A stretch of 64,000 bases of DNA. Source: Candidatus Falkowbacteria bacterium RIFOXYC2_FULL_36_12. Its GTDB lineage: Bacteria; Patescibacteriota; Patescibacteriia; UBA11705. The notes under the pieces are model-generated. The model did no database searches. It worked only from the letters and a program-made list of their open reading frames with translations, and was not told the origin of the DNA. Both the position numbers and the translations under genes were made by a program. Below are positions 9,211-18,733 of this stretch, in pieces (within the stretch, counting starts at the first letter, position 1; every line of letters begins with the position of its first letter). The stretch covers positions 77,085 to 141,084 of the forward strand of contig MFGJ01000007.1 in the NCBI GenBank assembly GCA_001778235.1, in the 5' to 3' direction.

Positions 9211-9555
9211 CTACAAATTACGCAGTACTGTTTTGTGAAGTATTTTTGTACCAAAGACTCCAACCAGAAACCCACCAACATATGAGGACATAACAATCAA
9301 AGCTTTTTGGATATTATTAAAAGCTGTTTGCAAGGATGACATACCGTCACCGATAGTATAATCAAATAGCACCAAAGCTAGTACATATAGACTCACAATA
9401 AAAAATGCATAACAGATGAACAGTATTGCTCCCTTTTTGGCTTTCAGGAGTGGATCTTCTTTCTTGAAAAAATGCCTGCCAGAATACAAGTCTAAACCTA
9501 GCATAATACCAACAATCAAATTCAATACTAGTTCAATGATTACTTCTCTTGGCAT
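9211..9555 (-). CDS. Membrane protein with 3 TM segments (SD-led orphan)
   Basis: AGGGAGG SD; promoter TTGACA(9632)-17-TAAGAT on the minus strand. Confidence 0.7.
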   Translation of the reverse strand: MPREVIIELVLNLIVGIMLGLDLYSGRHFFKKEDPLLKAKKGAILFICYAFFIVSLYVLALVLFDYTIGDGMSSLQTAFNNIQKALIVMSSYVGGFLVGVFGTKILHKTVLRNL

Positions 9556-9643
9556 GATTTCCTCCCTGCCTCGGTTTTTGATTGAATGAACGAACTATAT
9601 AATATCTTATCAAAATAAACTCTAATTGTCAATATTTATTGCC

Positions 9644-9678
9644 AACAAAAAAACCAGCATTTTGCAATACTGGCTTTT
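9644..9678. repeat. 35-bp direct repeat, copy 1 (terminator-like)
   Basis: AACAAAAAAACCAGCATTTTGCAATACTGGCTTTT, identical to 9924-9958. Confidence 0.9.
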
Positions 9679-9685
9679 GGATTGT

Positions 9686-9883
9686 TTATTCACTGTCTTT
9701 TTTTTCTTTGATTTTTTTTGCTATCTCGGCTAAAAGAGCCCCTGTAAATGCTTCACCTCTAAAGGCTTCACCCCTTTCTAATATCCTCTGTCCTTCAGCT
9801 AACTCTTCAGGAGTAAGATCATCAAACCCATTAATAACTCTTTCTGGTGAATTTGGATTTTCAAAATCTGGCATAATTTTCAT
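9686..9883 (-). CDS. Hypothetical charged protein, 65 aa
   Basis: Clean ORF with an AT-rich leader lying between the two 35-bp repeats. Confidence 0.6.
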   Translation of the reverse strand: MKIMPDFENPNSPERVINGFDDLTPEELAEGQRILERGEAFRGEAFTGALLAEIAKKIKEKKDSE

Positions 9884-9923
9884 AGTTATTTATTATAAAA
9901 ACAGTATAACACAATAATCATTA

Positions 9924-9958
9924 AACAAAAAAACCAGCATTTTGCAATACTGGCTTTT
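9924..9958. repeat. 35-bp direct repeat, copy 2 (likely the ftsL terminator)
   Basis: Identical to 9644-9678; CCAG/CTGG stem with a minus-strand T-run, downstream of ftsL. Confidence 0.9.
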
Positions 9959-9993
9959 TCGTAAGATAGGAAAGAACAAGCTATATATAAACA

Positions 9994-10344
9994 TTATCTC
10001 TGTGCAAAAACTGTACTTGAATCAAGATAATAAATTGATGTATTTTCAACAAAATTTTCCTGACCTACTCTCTCGGAAATATTCTGCATAGATTGTAATT
10101 GATACATCTGCAGTTCCAATTTGTGATTGGTGTCAGTCAATTCTGCGACTTGTTTCTCAAGATCGCGAATTTCATAGCCTTTTGTTGAAAGATTGTTGAC
10201 TGAAAATAAATAGAAACCAATGGAGACAACGCTAACAACAATCAGTAAAAAACTCAAAATTTTTCTATTGTTAAATAAATTCTTCTTTTTTGCCACCTTG
10301 CTTTTGCGAGTGCTTTTGTTATTGCTTGTACAATATTTAGTCAT
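9994..10344 (-). CDS. ftsL: Cell division protein FtsL-like
   Basis: Basic N-terminus, single TM, coiled coil (KGYEIRDLEKQVAEL); downstream of mraZ-rsmH. Confidence 0.6.
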   Translation of the reverse strand: MTKYCTSNNKSTRKSKVAKKKNLFNNRKILSFLLIVVSVVSIGFYLFSVNNLSTKGYEIRDLEKQVAELTDTNHKLELQMYQLQSMQNISERVGQENFVENTSIYYLDSSTVFAQR

Positions 10345-10503
10345 TTTGGTTGAACAAACCTTGCTCCAAAAAATTGAAGACCGGTTTTATTTTTTATTTT
10401 TATTTTTGTTTTTTATAAGACAAAGCAAAATACTGATACTGAATTTACTGAACTGAAAATTATCTACTTTTCCAGCTTGGTATAATTGCTGACAAATTGA
10501 CAG

Positions 10504-10650
10504 CTACCTTTCCTCTTTTTTTATAGTGAAGGCTTTACGATCGTGAAACTCGGCTTTTTTACCCTTGTTCCAACGACCAACTGGACTCAAATAACCAACC
10601 ACTCGACTATAAACTTCACATTTTTGTCTTTGTAATTGCTCTGAAGACAT
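10504..10650 (-). CDS. Stand-alone NrdD C-terminal glycyl-radical-loop mini-protein, 48 aa (not in the ORF track)
   Basis: Manual translation MSSEQLQRQKCEVYSRVVGYLSPVGRWNKGKKAEFHDRKAFTIKKEER matches the class III RNR YSRxxGY.P...WN.GK..EF.DR motif. Confidence 0.85.
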   Translation of the reverse strand: MSSEQLQRQKCEVYSRVVGYLSPVGRWNKGKKAEFHDRKAFTIKKEER

Positions 10651-10743
10651 AGGTGTAGTGTTTATTTATTTATTTTTTTAGTTTATTGGTTTATTGTGAC
10701 AAGGGTAGAAGGATAACAGAGAGAATAAGGGGTGATTTTTTTA

Positions 10744-11679
10744 TTATATTTTCTCAATTACTCTAAGTTTGGCTGAACGAGCGCGGAAGTTTTCTGATAT
10801 TTCTCGGTCAGATGGTTTTATTGCTTTACGAGTAATCATTTTGAGAGAGGCCTTGTGATTACAGACACATTGTGGCAATTCTTTTGAGCAATGACAGTCA
10901 GTACTCTCGGCTTTGAAAAATTTTTTTACTATCCTATCTTCCAAAGAATGGAAAGTAATGACTACAAGTCTGCCACCAGGGCATAAGATATCAACGATAT
11001 CACGAAGTGCATTTTCAATATTTTCAAACTCGCTGTTAACTTCAATTCTTAAGGCTTGGAAAACTTGGGTAGCTGGATTGATGCGCTTTCGGGGATCTCG
11101 CTTTTTATTGGCGGTAATTAATTGGACTAATTGCAAGGTACTTTTTATTGGATTAATGGCTCTAGATTCTACTATGGCCTTGGCCAATCGGTGAGCCTGA
11201 TGCTCTTCACCATAATCTAAAAAAATTCGGCGAAGTTCTGATTCAGTATAATTATTAAGAATAAATTCAGCTGTAATCTTGGTACTGACAGAAAATCTCA
11301 TGTCTAATGGCTCATCTTGTTGGAAGGAGAAACCTCGGCCTGAATTTTGCAATTGATCCAGAGATAACCCCAAATCAAGGAGAACACCGTCAGCTGAATT
11401 AAATCCATTTTCATAAGCGTATTTTTTTACTTGACGATAATTATCATTTATTAAAATGATGCGATTTTTATATTGTTTCAAGGTATCTTTTGCTCGAATA
11501 ATTGCTTCCGTATCCCAATCGATTGCCAATAACTTGCCTATTGGTCCATTTTTTTGGAGGATGGCGATTGAATGTCCCCCAGCACCAAAGGTGCAATCAA
11601 TATAATTCTTGTTTGATTCAACTTTTAGACCGTTAATTACTTCTTCAAGCAAGACTGCTCGATGGACTGATAATGTCAT
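10744..11679 (-). CDS. rsmH: 16S rRNA m4C1402 methyltransferase
   Basis: DCTFGAGGHS, DLGLS, RGFSF, PLDMR, FQALRIEVN, ITFHSLEDR, RARSAKLR. Confidence 0.97.
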   Translation of the reverse strand: MTLSVHRAVLLEEVINGLKVESNKNYIDCTFGAGGHSIAILQKNGPIGKLLAIDWDTEAIIRAKDTLKQYKNRIILINDNYRQVKKYAYENGFNSADGVLLDLGLSLDQLQNSGRGFSFQQDEPLDMRFSVSTKITAEFILNNYTESELRRIFLDYGEEHQAHRLAKAIVESRAINPIKSTLQLVQLITANKKRDPRKRINPATQVFQALRIEVNSEFENIENALRDIVDILCPGGRLVVITFHSLEDRIVKKFFKAESTDCHCSKELPQCVCNHKASLKMITRKAIKPSDREISENFRARSAKLRVIEKI

Positions 11680-11682
11680 AAA

Positions 11683-12114
11683 TTAGACTCCTAACTCGCT
11701 AAGTTTTTCAGCGATCTGATTAGCATCCTTTTCTGTCGCCTGCTTATACTTTTCCCAGGTTTCCTCACTCCAGAGTTCAAGTCGGTTGAATAAGCCAGCA
11801 ATAACGACCTTTTTGCTGATACCAGCAAACTTCCTTAGATAATCAGGCAAAACAAATCTTCCCTGTTTGTCTAAAGAAATATCCATTGCTCCGGCTAACA
11901 TTAGACGGGCAAAGGCACGAGTATTGGCTTGACTCATTGGTAACTCTGCTAATTTGTGTGCCAATTTCTGCCATTCTTCTTTGGTATATAAAAATAATGA
12001 GTTGTCTAACCCTCTGGTAACAACAGCTCCTTTTTTTAACCTGGATTGAAACTTGATTGGCACTGACAATCGACCCTTCTGATCAATTGAATGCTTGTAT
12101 TCGCCAATAAACAT
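11683..12114 (-). CDS. mraZ: Division/cell-wall cluster regulator MraZ
   Basis: MFIGEYKHSIDQKGR and DKQGR repeats; start set at ATG 12114. Confidence 0.97.
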   Translation of the reverse strand: MFIGEYKHSIDQKGRLSVPIKFQSRLKKGAVVTRGLDNSLFLYTKEEWQKLAHKLAELPMSQANTRAFARLMLAGAMDISLDKQGRFVLPDYLRKFAGISKKVVIAGLFNRLELWSEETWEKYKQATEKDANQIAEKLSELGV

Positions 12115-12230
12115 TTTGATAAGTGAGATCAGCGAGTTAAGCAAGGCAATCAAAGTAAGTTTGCCAAATTAACTGGACTGCTCGTTTTAGGTAAAAAAAG
12201 TGTGGGCAAATTATGAAAGTACAACTTTAT

Positions 12231-12310
12231 AATTCCCCACATTTCTCCACTTTCTTCCTAACAATTCCATTATACTGTTATTAAATTCCACCGTCAACCA
12301 CTTTATCCAC
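12231..12310 (-). promoter_or_regulatory. mraZ promoter with MraZ-binding GTGG repeats
   Basis: TTGACG(12297)-17-TATAAT(12274) on the minus strand; GTGG-like boxes at about 10-bp spacing (plus-strand CCAC at 12237, 12247, 12288, 12298, 12307). Confidence 0.75.
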
Positions 12311-12481
12311 AAGAAATTTTGCCTTGTTAAAGGTAAAAAACAACAACTAAAAAAATGTAACGAATCGTTTCTGCGATGAGTTTAGAGCAACAACATGACA
12401 ATCTCTCGCAAATCGACTTGGGTTTAAAATAAAAAGAATCCGAGTGCAAACTCGAACCTTAAACTATAATCTTTTAAATTT

Positions 12482-12772
12482 TTATCTCACTAACTCATAT
12501 TCATCGCCCAAGACTTGTTGCAGAGTGGTAATAATAAATTCATCATCGCGGTAATTTTCTTTTTCCGCATAATAAATCTCGAGCCGAGTACTTCGATATG
12601 AGATGTGCCAATTTTTGCCAAGTCGTACCTCCAGTTTATGGGCTAAGTCATGGGGTACTTGTTGCACCCCGTCCAATGAAAAAACATACTCGTCTTCATG
12701 ACCAGCAATGCCATATTCAATAAAAGCTCTTGTTTTTATTTGTTCGAAATTCATGGTTTTAGAATTATACAC
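12482..12772 (-). CDS. Hypothetical protein, about 90-96 aa
   Basis: Plausible globular ORF; start may be ATG 12754. Confidence 0.6.
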   Translation of the reverse strand: MYNSKTMNFEQIKTRAFIEYGIAGHEDEYVFSLDGVQQVPHDLAHKLEVRLGKNWHISYRSTRLEIYYAEKENYRDDEFIITTLQQVLGDEYELVR

Positions 12773-12779
12773 TGAAATA

Positions 12780-12957
12780 ACCTGCCTTTCGGCAGACGGG
12801 ATTATTTGTCATATTAAGCTTGAAAGCTTCGCAGAGTACCCCCGGATCAAGTCCGGGGCATGCTTTAAGACAGGCTCTGTAAGCAGGTAAAGAAGAATTA
12901 TACCCTGAAATCCATCTTCGTTAAAACTTCGATGGACAAGCAAATTCAGGGTGACAA
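12780..12957. repeat. Cluster of nested palindromic repeat elements
   Basis: CTGCC-tttc-GGCAG; CCCCGGA-tcaag-TCCGGGG; CCCTGAA...TTCAGGG enclosing TCCATC...GATGGA. Confidence 0.7.
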
Positions 12958-13045
12958 GTGTGAGGTGGTGACAAGTGTGAGGTGGTGACAAGTGCGAGGT
13001 GGTGACAAGTGCGAGGTGGTGACAAGTGATTGATGGTGACAAGTG
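12950..13045 (+). repeat. 17-bp tandem repeat, about 5.6 copies
   Basis: Core GGTGACAAGTG at 12950, 12967, 12984, 13001, 13018 and 13035, with linkers TGAGGT, TGAGGT, CGAGGT, CGAGGT, ATTGAT. Confidence 0.95.
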
Positions 13046-13048
13046 GGG

Positions 13049-13477
13049 TTATTTTTTACTTTTGGTAATATTAGGTTTTTTGCCATATTCAGGAATAGCG
13101 ATCTGCTTGAACGAATTGTTGGTTGTCTTTTTGGAGACTTTCAGACCATCGGACCAAACCTTTTCCATTTTTTGTTTTTCCTCAAGTCCTAAATAGATTT
13201 TTTTTAATTTAATCCCATAAACCGGAATATCTAAACCATAAGCCAAAGCATTAGCAGTAGCACAACCAATACGCAAGGCTGAAAAATCACCAGGGCCAAT
13301 CACCACAAATATTTTTTCCAACCCTGACAAATCAGCTGAAATAATCTGTTTGATTTCTTTTAACAATAGCTCCGACTGCTTGAAAGCCTGATTAATGGTT
13401 TTCATTTTTGTAATATTCTCTTGTCCAATTGCAATAGAAAAACAAGAATTTGACTCTGTTGATATAAGTAAATTCAT
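13049..13477 (-). CDS. tsaB: t6A biosynthesis protein TsaB, short single-domain form
   Basis: SELLL, GPGDFSALRIG..TANALAY, C-terminal PEYGKKPNIT; start set at MNLLIST. Confidence 0.85.
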   Translation of the reverse strand: MNLLISTESNSCFSIAIGQENITKMKTINQAFKQSELLLKEIKQIISADLSGLEKIFVVIGPGDFSALRIGCATANALAYGLDIPVYGIKLKKIYLGLEEKQKMEKVWSDGLKVSKKTTNNSFKQIAIPEYGKKPNITKSKK

Positions 13478-13479
13478 AC

Positions 13480-14877
13480 CTAGTTTTGAATTATAACGGC
13501 TGTCCCTTCTGGAGTCCATTGGTATAGCCAATCTGCATTTGGTAGAGAAACATTAACACAACCATGACTCATCTTGTGGCCCCAATTGTTATGCCAGTAA
13601 GCACCGTGAATAGTAAATGGCCCCTTGAATGACATCACATCTGGAACATTGGGTAAATCATAATTATTTGGATTGTCTGGACCATAGAACCAGCTCATGC
13701 GTACAAGAGGGCGTTTTTTGAAAATGTAAAATTTACCGATTGGTGTGTCAAAACCGACCTTACCCGAAGAAATTAAAAAACTTTTTATTAATCTTCCCCT
13801 TTCATAGGCATACAATCTCTGTTCAGATATATCTACTTTTATAGCTTTCCCAGTAAGAGATAAAGTTGTATCAGCAGAAATAGTTTGAGGCAAAACAGCA
13901 ATCTCATTATTGTCAGACCCAAATTTTCCAAGCGCCACATTTATTCCACCACGGAAATTTTCTTCATAGGCAAAAAATTTGGGGTTTATTTTTACATTGC
14001 CATCAAGATCAAAAAATCTAACATGAGGGCCACCACTATATCCGGCAGCAGTTACAATCATGGGCTGTCCAGCTATCAAGTCCGCCTCAACATCAACTCC
14101 ACCACGGAAATGTTCAGCATAAGCAAGGAATTGTTTTAACTGCTCACCCTTATTATTAAAAACTTGAATTAATGGTGCACTACCAATTCCAGCGCCTAAG
14201 ATAATTTCATCAGCGCCATCATTGTTTAAATCAAAACTGGCAACTTTTTTTGGTTCAAAAGCCTTATCCGCTGGACTAGAAAATGATGGAAATATTTCTT
14301 GACCAGATGCACTGAAAAATTTTACTATATTTCTTCCATCTTGAAGCAAACTAATAATTATATCAGGCATGCCGTCAGAATTAACATCTCCAACATTTAC
14401 TTCCAGTCCGCCCCTAAAACCTTGATCATAGGCAAAAAAACCATTTGAGAATTTAGGATTACCAAAACCATCAAAAACTCGGACTTGTGGTCCTCCACCC
14501 TCTCCTGGTACAGTTACGATTTCATCTTTGCCATCGCCATCAAAATCCGCGGCCGCAAGATTAATCTTGCCTTCATAACCCACAGGATATGGTTGCCATT
14601 TATTTATCAAACTTCCATCGTATCGATAAAGTGCAACCTCTGGACGAGACTGATATCCGTAACTGACAATAATTTCATTAATATTATCCCCACCCAAATC
14701 TACGAGGGAAAAATCCATTACCCCCTGAAAACCATCTTGAACCAATTTCAGATCTTTGGTTGAGACTAGAGTGCTTGAGTTAAAAGCTCGGAAATCCAAG
14801 CCAGCTGCACTGACAGAAGAAACAGCCAGGAAAACTCCAACCGTTGCCACGAGCAATATAATTATATTCTTTTTCAT
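13480..14877 (-). CDS. L,D-transpeptidase (YkuD domain) with FG-GAP/VCBS-type repeats
   Basis: Signal peptide; DFDGDGKDEI/GGPQVRVFD repeats; C-terminal VDISEQRL, TPIG, IHGAYWH, SHGCVN. Confidence 0.9.
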   Translation of the reverse strand: MKKNIIILLVATVGVFLAVSSVSAAGLDFRAFNSSTLVSTKDLKLVQDGFQGVMDFSLVDLGGDNINEIIVSYGYQSRPEVALYRYDGSLINKWQPYPVGYEGKINLAAADFDGDGKDEIVTVPGEGGGPQVRVFDGFGNPKFSNGFFAYDQGFRGGLEVNVGDVNSDGMPDIIISLLQDGRNIVKFFSASGQEIFPSFSSPADKAFEPKKVASFDLNNDGADEIILGAGIGSAPLIQVFNNKGEQLKQFLAYAEHFRGGVDVEADLIAGQPMIVTAAGYSGGPHVRFFDLDGNVKINPKFFAYEENFRGGINVALGKFGSDNNEIAVLPQTISADTTLSLTGKAIKVDISEQRLYAYERGRLIKSFLISSGKVGFDTPIGKFYIFKKRPLVRMSWFYGPDNPNNYDLPNVPDVMSFKGPFTIHGAYWHNNWGHKMSHGCVNVSLPNADWLYQWTPEGTAVIIQN

Positions 14878-14962
14878 ATTTTTTCAAATTAATTATCTAT
14901 ATATATTCTAGCAAATTTATTATAAAATAAAAAATCTGCACCAGCAGAACTCAATCAATCAA

Positions 14963-15616
14963 TTACAATGAGTGAACCATTTCTAAATCATCAACTAAAA
15001 TTAGATTGTCCTCGTTCTCCAGTATCCCCAAAAGAAAACGATCTGCAATATCTCTGCGAAGCTTGTATTCTTTTAAATCCATTATTGTATATTTGATAGA
15101 CTTGCCAATCTCTCTTTCAAAATTTTTCACAGCTATCTGTATTTTTCTTTTTTCAAATGCACCGATAACTATCAAATCTGTTGGAGATTTTTCACTGCCA
15201 ATAAAACTGCCACTAAGAGCCAAATAGCTAATCCGACCAACACCCTTTATTCTTTCAGCGAATTTTTTCTCTACTATGATTTTACTCTTACCAAAAAGAG
15301 CATCCAATTCTTCACTGAATAAGCTGTTCTTGTTCAAGGTGTAATATTTTTTGGCATTGAACTTTTTAGCTTTTTTCTCCCCATATTCCTCTGAATTACT
15401 TTTTTGTTCAACGATAACATGGCCAGGCAAATCCTCCTCATCGATTTCTTGAATAAACCCAATATTAATCAAATTGGACAATTCCCTTCTTATTGAGTTT
15501 ATAAGTGAATCAGTTAACCTAGTAAGCTCACGGACGAAAAAAGCCTTGTCAGGATGTGACAGGAACAGCTTAAGTAATTTTACTCGCGTTTTTGAACCAA
15601 AAAGTTGTTCTAGCAT
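14963..15616 (-). CDS. Winged-helix protein with a nucleotidyltransferase-like C-terminal domain
   Basis: LFGSKTRVKLL...FVRELTRL...NSIRRELSNL (wHTH); LSGSF...TDLIVIG. Confidence 0.7.
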   Translation of the reverse strand: MLEQLFGSKTRVKLLKLFLSHPDKAFFVRELTRLTDSLINSIRRELSNLINIGFIQEIDEEDLPGHVIVEQKSNSEEYGEKKAKKFNAKKYYTLNKNSLFSEELDALFGKSKIIVEKKFAERIKGVGRISYLALSGSFIGSEKSPTDLIVIGAFEKRKIQIAVKNFEREIGKSIKYTIMDLKEYKLRRDIADRFLLGILENEDNLILVDDLEMVHSL

Positions 15617-15708
15617 AAATTTTTTATTCAGCAATTTCTATTTACTTCTTGCTATATCTATAGTATAATACAAACGAAAAAAATCCGTCAACTCTGCGAC
15701 CCAACTTT

Positions 15709-17838
15709 ATGCGCAATAACACTAATTTAATACTGTCCATAAAAGACCTACATTTAGATAAAGAAAAAGGTAAAAATACTTATTTATGCCAAAATTTTAA
15801 AATCTATCCTGAAGGAAAAGAGTTGCATGGCGGATATTTATTTGGAATAATTGAAATCACTGCGACTCCAAAAGACGAAGCTCAAAAAATTTATCAAATC
15901 ATAATAAACACCTTTCGCGAAAACTACTATAAACAAATTATTAGTTCACCTGAACCACAAAAGATAAACATTGAAACCATTTTTGAATTTGCCCTAAACC
16001 AAACAAATCAGAAAATTCTTGAGTTAATTGAAATCGGACAAATAAAGTTAATTATTGACAATCTGAATTACTTTATCGGAGCGATAAAAACATCAAGTGA
16101 AGCTTTGGCTGACATTATCTTTACCAATAAAGGCAGCATAAAAGCCTTTTTAATTTATAGAACCAAAAAAAATACAAACAAAATTATCGACATCCTGAAG
16201 TTTTCAAGTAATTCAAATAACCATGATAAGATAAAAATATTCTCATCGATTGCTGCTGGTGAACTAAAAAACCACAATACGCTAATAGTCTGTACTGAAA
16301 TTTTTAGCAATTACATATCGCCAGAAAAGATTTTAGATATTCTTTCAAAAAACGAGACAAATGAAGCAATTAATTATTTCAAAACCCAAATAAAACAAGT
16401 ACAAAGTAAAAACGACCTGTCATATAGCGCGCTATTTCTGCGACATGAATTAAATACTCTTACCTCCGACAGTCCATTATCACAAAAATCAATTAATGAA
16501 CTGATCCAAACATCTGAAACAACAGAAAAGCTATTGACTCCAGCCATGGCATTAAATATCAAAAAGCATTTTAATGCTATAAAAAATAAATTAAAATCTT
16601 CTAATAAATCAAAAACTCTAAAGGAAGCAAGAGTATCAAGCAAAGAAAAACAGGGACAAAGTGATCACAAATTACCAATCTGGCGCAATACTTACCTTTT
16701 CATCACAGGGCACAAGGGTTTATCACTTGCTAATATCAAATCTTCAATTATGAAAATGATGTCATCTCAAAAACCAAAAACAAAAATTCCGTACATCATT
16801 CTTGCGGTGATAGTTGTTTTAATTGTAGCCTTTACCTCCAGCATCTTCTGGTTTAGACACTCTGAAAAAGTAAAACAAGAACAAATTGTCTATACTCAAC
16901 AAATTGAAAATGTAAAAAATTTATTAAGTGATGCTGAAGCCAGTTATATATACAAGAACAACGCTCAAAGTATGGAAAAAATAAAGCAAGCACAAGGTGA
17001 ACTAGCTTTTCTACCACGATCTACTGAAAGTCAACAAATAAATTATGAGAATTTAGACCAGGCAGTTTCAGAGCTTTACAATAAAGTTCTTAACATAGAA
17101 AAAATCGTGGCTCAACAAATCGCAACCATACCGGCAGAACAAACATTGAATAAATTAGAATTATTCAATGATAGTTTATTACTAGCTGACACTTCAGAAC
17201 TTTTTATTGGTAAAATTGATAATTTTGAGGCAGTAAAATCAGCCTCAATAAGCTCACTCTCTCTCATAACAAATGATGAAACAAAAGCCCTAGTACTTGA
17301 TAATAATCAGAGCTTGTACTCTTTTTCTGGTTTGACTGTAGAGCCTTTGAATCAAAAGCTAGTAGCCAGCCCAACAGCAATGAAGTTATACAATGGTCGA
17401 CTATATGCTTTGCAAAAAAACAGCCAAACCATTACAAGATATACTTCAAATTTTACAGGAAATGAAGCTTGGATAAAAAACTTAGGTGAGGAAAATCTTA
17501 GCACGGCAGTATCAATATCAATTGATGGCAGTATCTATGTACTAAGCGAAAATGGTCATATTACGAAATTTTTTGCAGGGACAGTTGAAGCCTTCAATAA
17601 CCCAGTGATTGAACCGGAGATTAATAGCGCAGATAAAATAATCACATCTCCTGAAACCAACAACTTATTTATATTTGAAGCGGAAACAAAACGATTGCTA
17701 GTTATTAGCAAAACCGGAGATTTAACTCGGCAAATAGTTTTTGACTCAATGGAAAAAATCGATGACTTGGCAGTTGACAACACCGGAAAAAACGGTTTTC
17801 TAATATCAAACAATGCCTTGTATAAGTTCTCATTATAA
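15709..17838 (+). CDS. Membrane protein: PP2C-like N-domain, TM, coiled coil and beta-propeller
   Basis: GYLFGIIEI and LIVCTE segments, central TM, C-terminal IDGSIYVL/NLFIFE propeller blades. Confidence 0.55.
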   Translation: MRNNTNLILSIKDLHLDKEKGKNTYLCQNFKIYPEGKELHGGYLFGIIEITATPKDEAQKIYQIIINTFRENYYKQIISSPEPQKINIETIFEFALNQTNQKILELIEIGQIKLIIDNLNYFIGAIKTSSEALADIIFTNKGSIKAFLIYRTKKNTNKIIDILKFSSNSNNHDKIKIFSSIAAGELKNHNTLIVCTEIFSNYISPEKILDILSKNETNEAINYFKTQIKQVQSKNDLSYSALFLRHELNTLTSDSPLSQKSINELIQTSETTEKLLTPAMALNIKKHFNAIKNKLKSSNKSKTLKEARVSSKEKQGQSDHKLPIWRNTYLFITGHKGLSLANIKSSIMKMMSSQKPKTKIPYIILAVIVVLIVAFTSSIFWFRHSEKVKQEQIVYTQQIENVKNLLSDAEASYIYKNNAQSMEKIKQAQGELAFLPRSTESQQINYENLDQAVSELYNKVLNIEKIVAQQIATIPAEQTLNKLELFNDSLLLADTSELFIGKIDNFEAVKSASISSLSLITNDETKALVLDNNQSLYSFSGLTVEPLNQKLVASPTAMKLYNGRLYALQKNSQTITRYTSNFTGNEAWIKNLGEENLSTAVSISIDGSIYVLSENGHITKFFAGTVEAFNNPVIEPEINSADKIITSPETNNLFIFEAETKRLLVISKTGDLTRQIVFDSMEKIDDLAVDNTGKNGFLISNNALYKFSL

Positions 17839-17873
17839 GTTTATTACTTTATTTATAAACAAAAAACTGGTAG

Positions 17874-18164
17874 TTACTTAACTACTAGTTTTGTAAATTT
17901 TTTCATGATTAGATTGCCCAATACAATCATCACAACCGCACTTGAAATGGTATAAATTGTGCCATTAAAAAGCCATAACAACCACACGAAAAAACCACAC
18001 AGGAAAAAATTAAACCCAAGGAAAAATTTATCAGATTTTTCAGTAATATAAATGCCAATAAGTACATAAACAATAATATAAAGCATACTTACACTGAAAA
18101 ACCATGAATTCATTGGGTCAAAAAGCTGATGAAAATCAATAACAACTGTGTCTAACCAGTTCAT
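17874..18164 (-). CDS. Membrane protein, 96 aa (SD-led orphan)
   Basis: GAGGAG SD before ATG 18164; TTGACA(18234)-17-TATTAT; 3 hydrophobic segments. Confidence 0.65.
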   Translation of the reverse strand: MNWLDTVVIDFHQLFDPMNSWFFSVSMLYIIVYVLIGIYITEKSDKFFLGFNFFLCGFFVWLLWLFNGTIYTISSAVVMIVLGNLIMKKFTKLVVK

Positions 18165-18248
18165 GATACACTCCTCGCTTGTTGGGGAAAAAGAACTAAT
18201 TGATAATAATAGCATTTAGACTATCAGTTGTCAATATAGCAAAAAAAC

Positions 18249-18278
18249 AAAAAACTCGCTATAACAGCGAGCTTTTTT
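18249..18278 (-). terminator. rplL terminator
   Basis: CTCGCT-ataac-AGCGAG stem flanked by A and T runs. Confidence 0.75.
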
Positions 18279-18295
18279 ATAATGTTGAATAAGTA

Positions 18296-18733
18296 TTATT
18301 TCAAATTTACCTGACCACCAGCTTCAACAATCTTGTTTTTGATTTGTTCAGCTTCTTCTTTTTTAACAGCTTCTTTGATAATCTTTGGAGCGCCATCAAC
18401 CATATCTTTTGCTTCTTTCAAACCTAAACCTGTAACTTCTTTGACAATCTTGATGACGGCAATCTTGTTATCACCGCCTGAAACAAGCTCAATATTGAAT
18501 TCTGATTTTTCTTCGACAGCTTCGGCACCAGCAGCTGGACCGGCAACCATAGCCATGACTGGAGCAGCTGAACTTACACCAAATTTATCTTCAAGGATTT
18601 TTACTAATTCAGCTAAATCCATGACTGACATTTTTTCAATCTCTTCAACAAGAGATTTGAATTTTGCAGGTACTTCAACTGTTTTTTTGTCTTCAGCTGA
18701 TGTTTCCTCTACTGTTGTTTTTTCTTCTGACAT
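18296..18733 (-). CDS. rplL: 50S ribosomal protein L7/L12
   Basis: [38 protein letters not shown]. Confidence 0.98.
   Translation of the reverse strand: MSEEKTTVEETSAEDKKTVEVPAKFKSLVEEIEKMSVMDLAELVKILEDKFGVSSAAPVMAMVAGPAAGAEAVEEKSEFNIELVSGGDNKIAVIKIVKEVTGLGLKEAKDMVDGAPKIIKEAVKKEEAEQIKNKIVEAGGQVNLK

Noticed and set aside
12303-12311. DnaA box TTATCCACA suggesting oriC (another at 28118-28126)
   Set aside because: Isolated single boxes, no dnaA/dnaN and no switch in gene orientation; the first falls within the MraZ GTGG array
12809-13042. 77-aa ORF with repeated TCHHL
   Set aside because: Translation of the tandem repeat and palindromes; no evidence of coding
12950-13045. Possible CRISPR array
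   Set aside because: The repeat core is only 11 bp, the 6-nt linkers are near-identical, and no cas genes are present; it is a minisatellite
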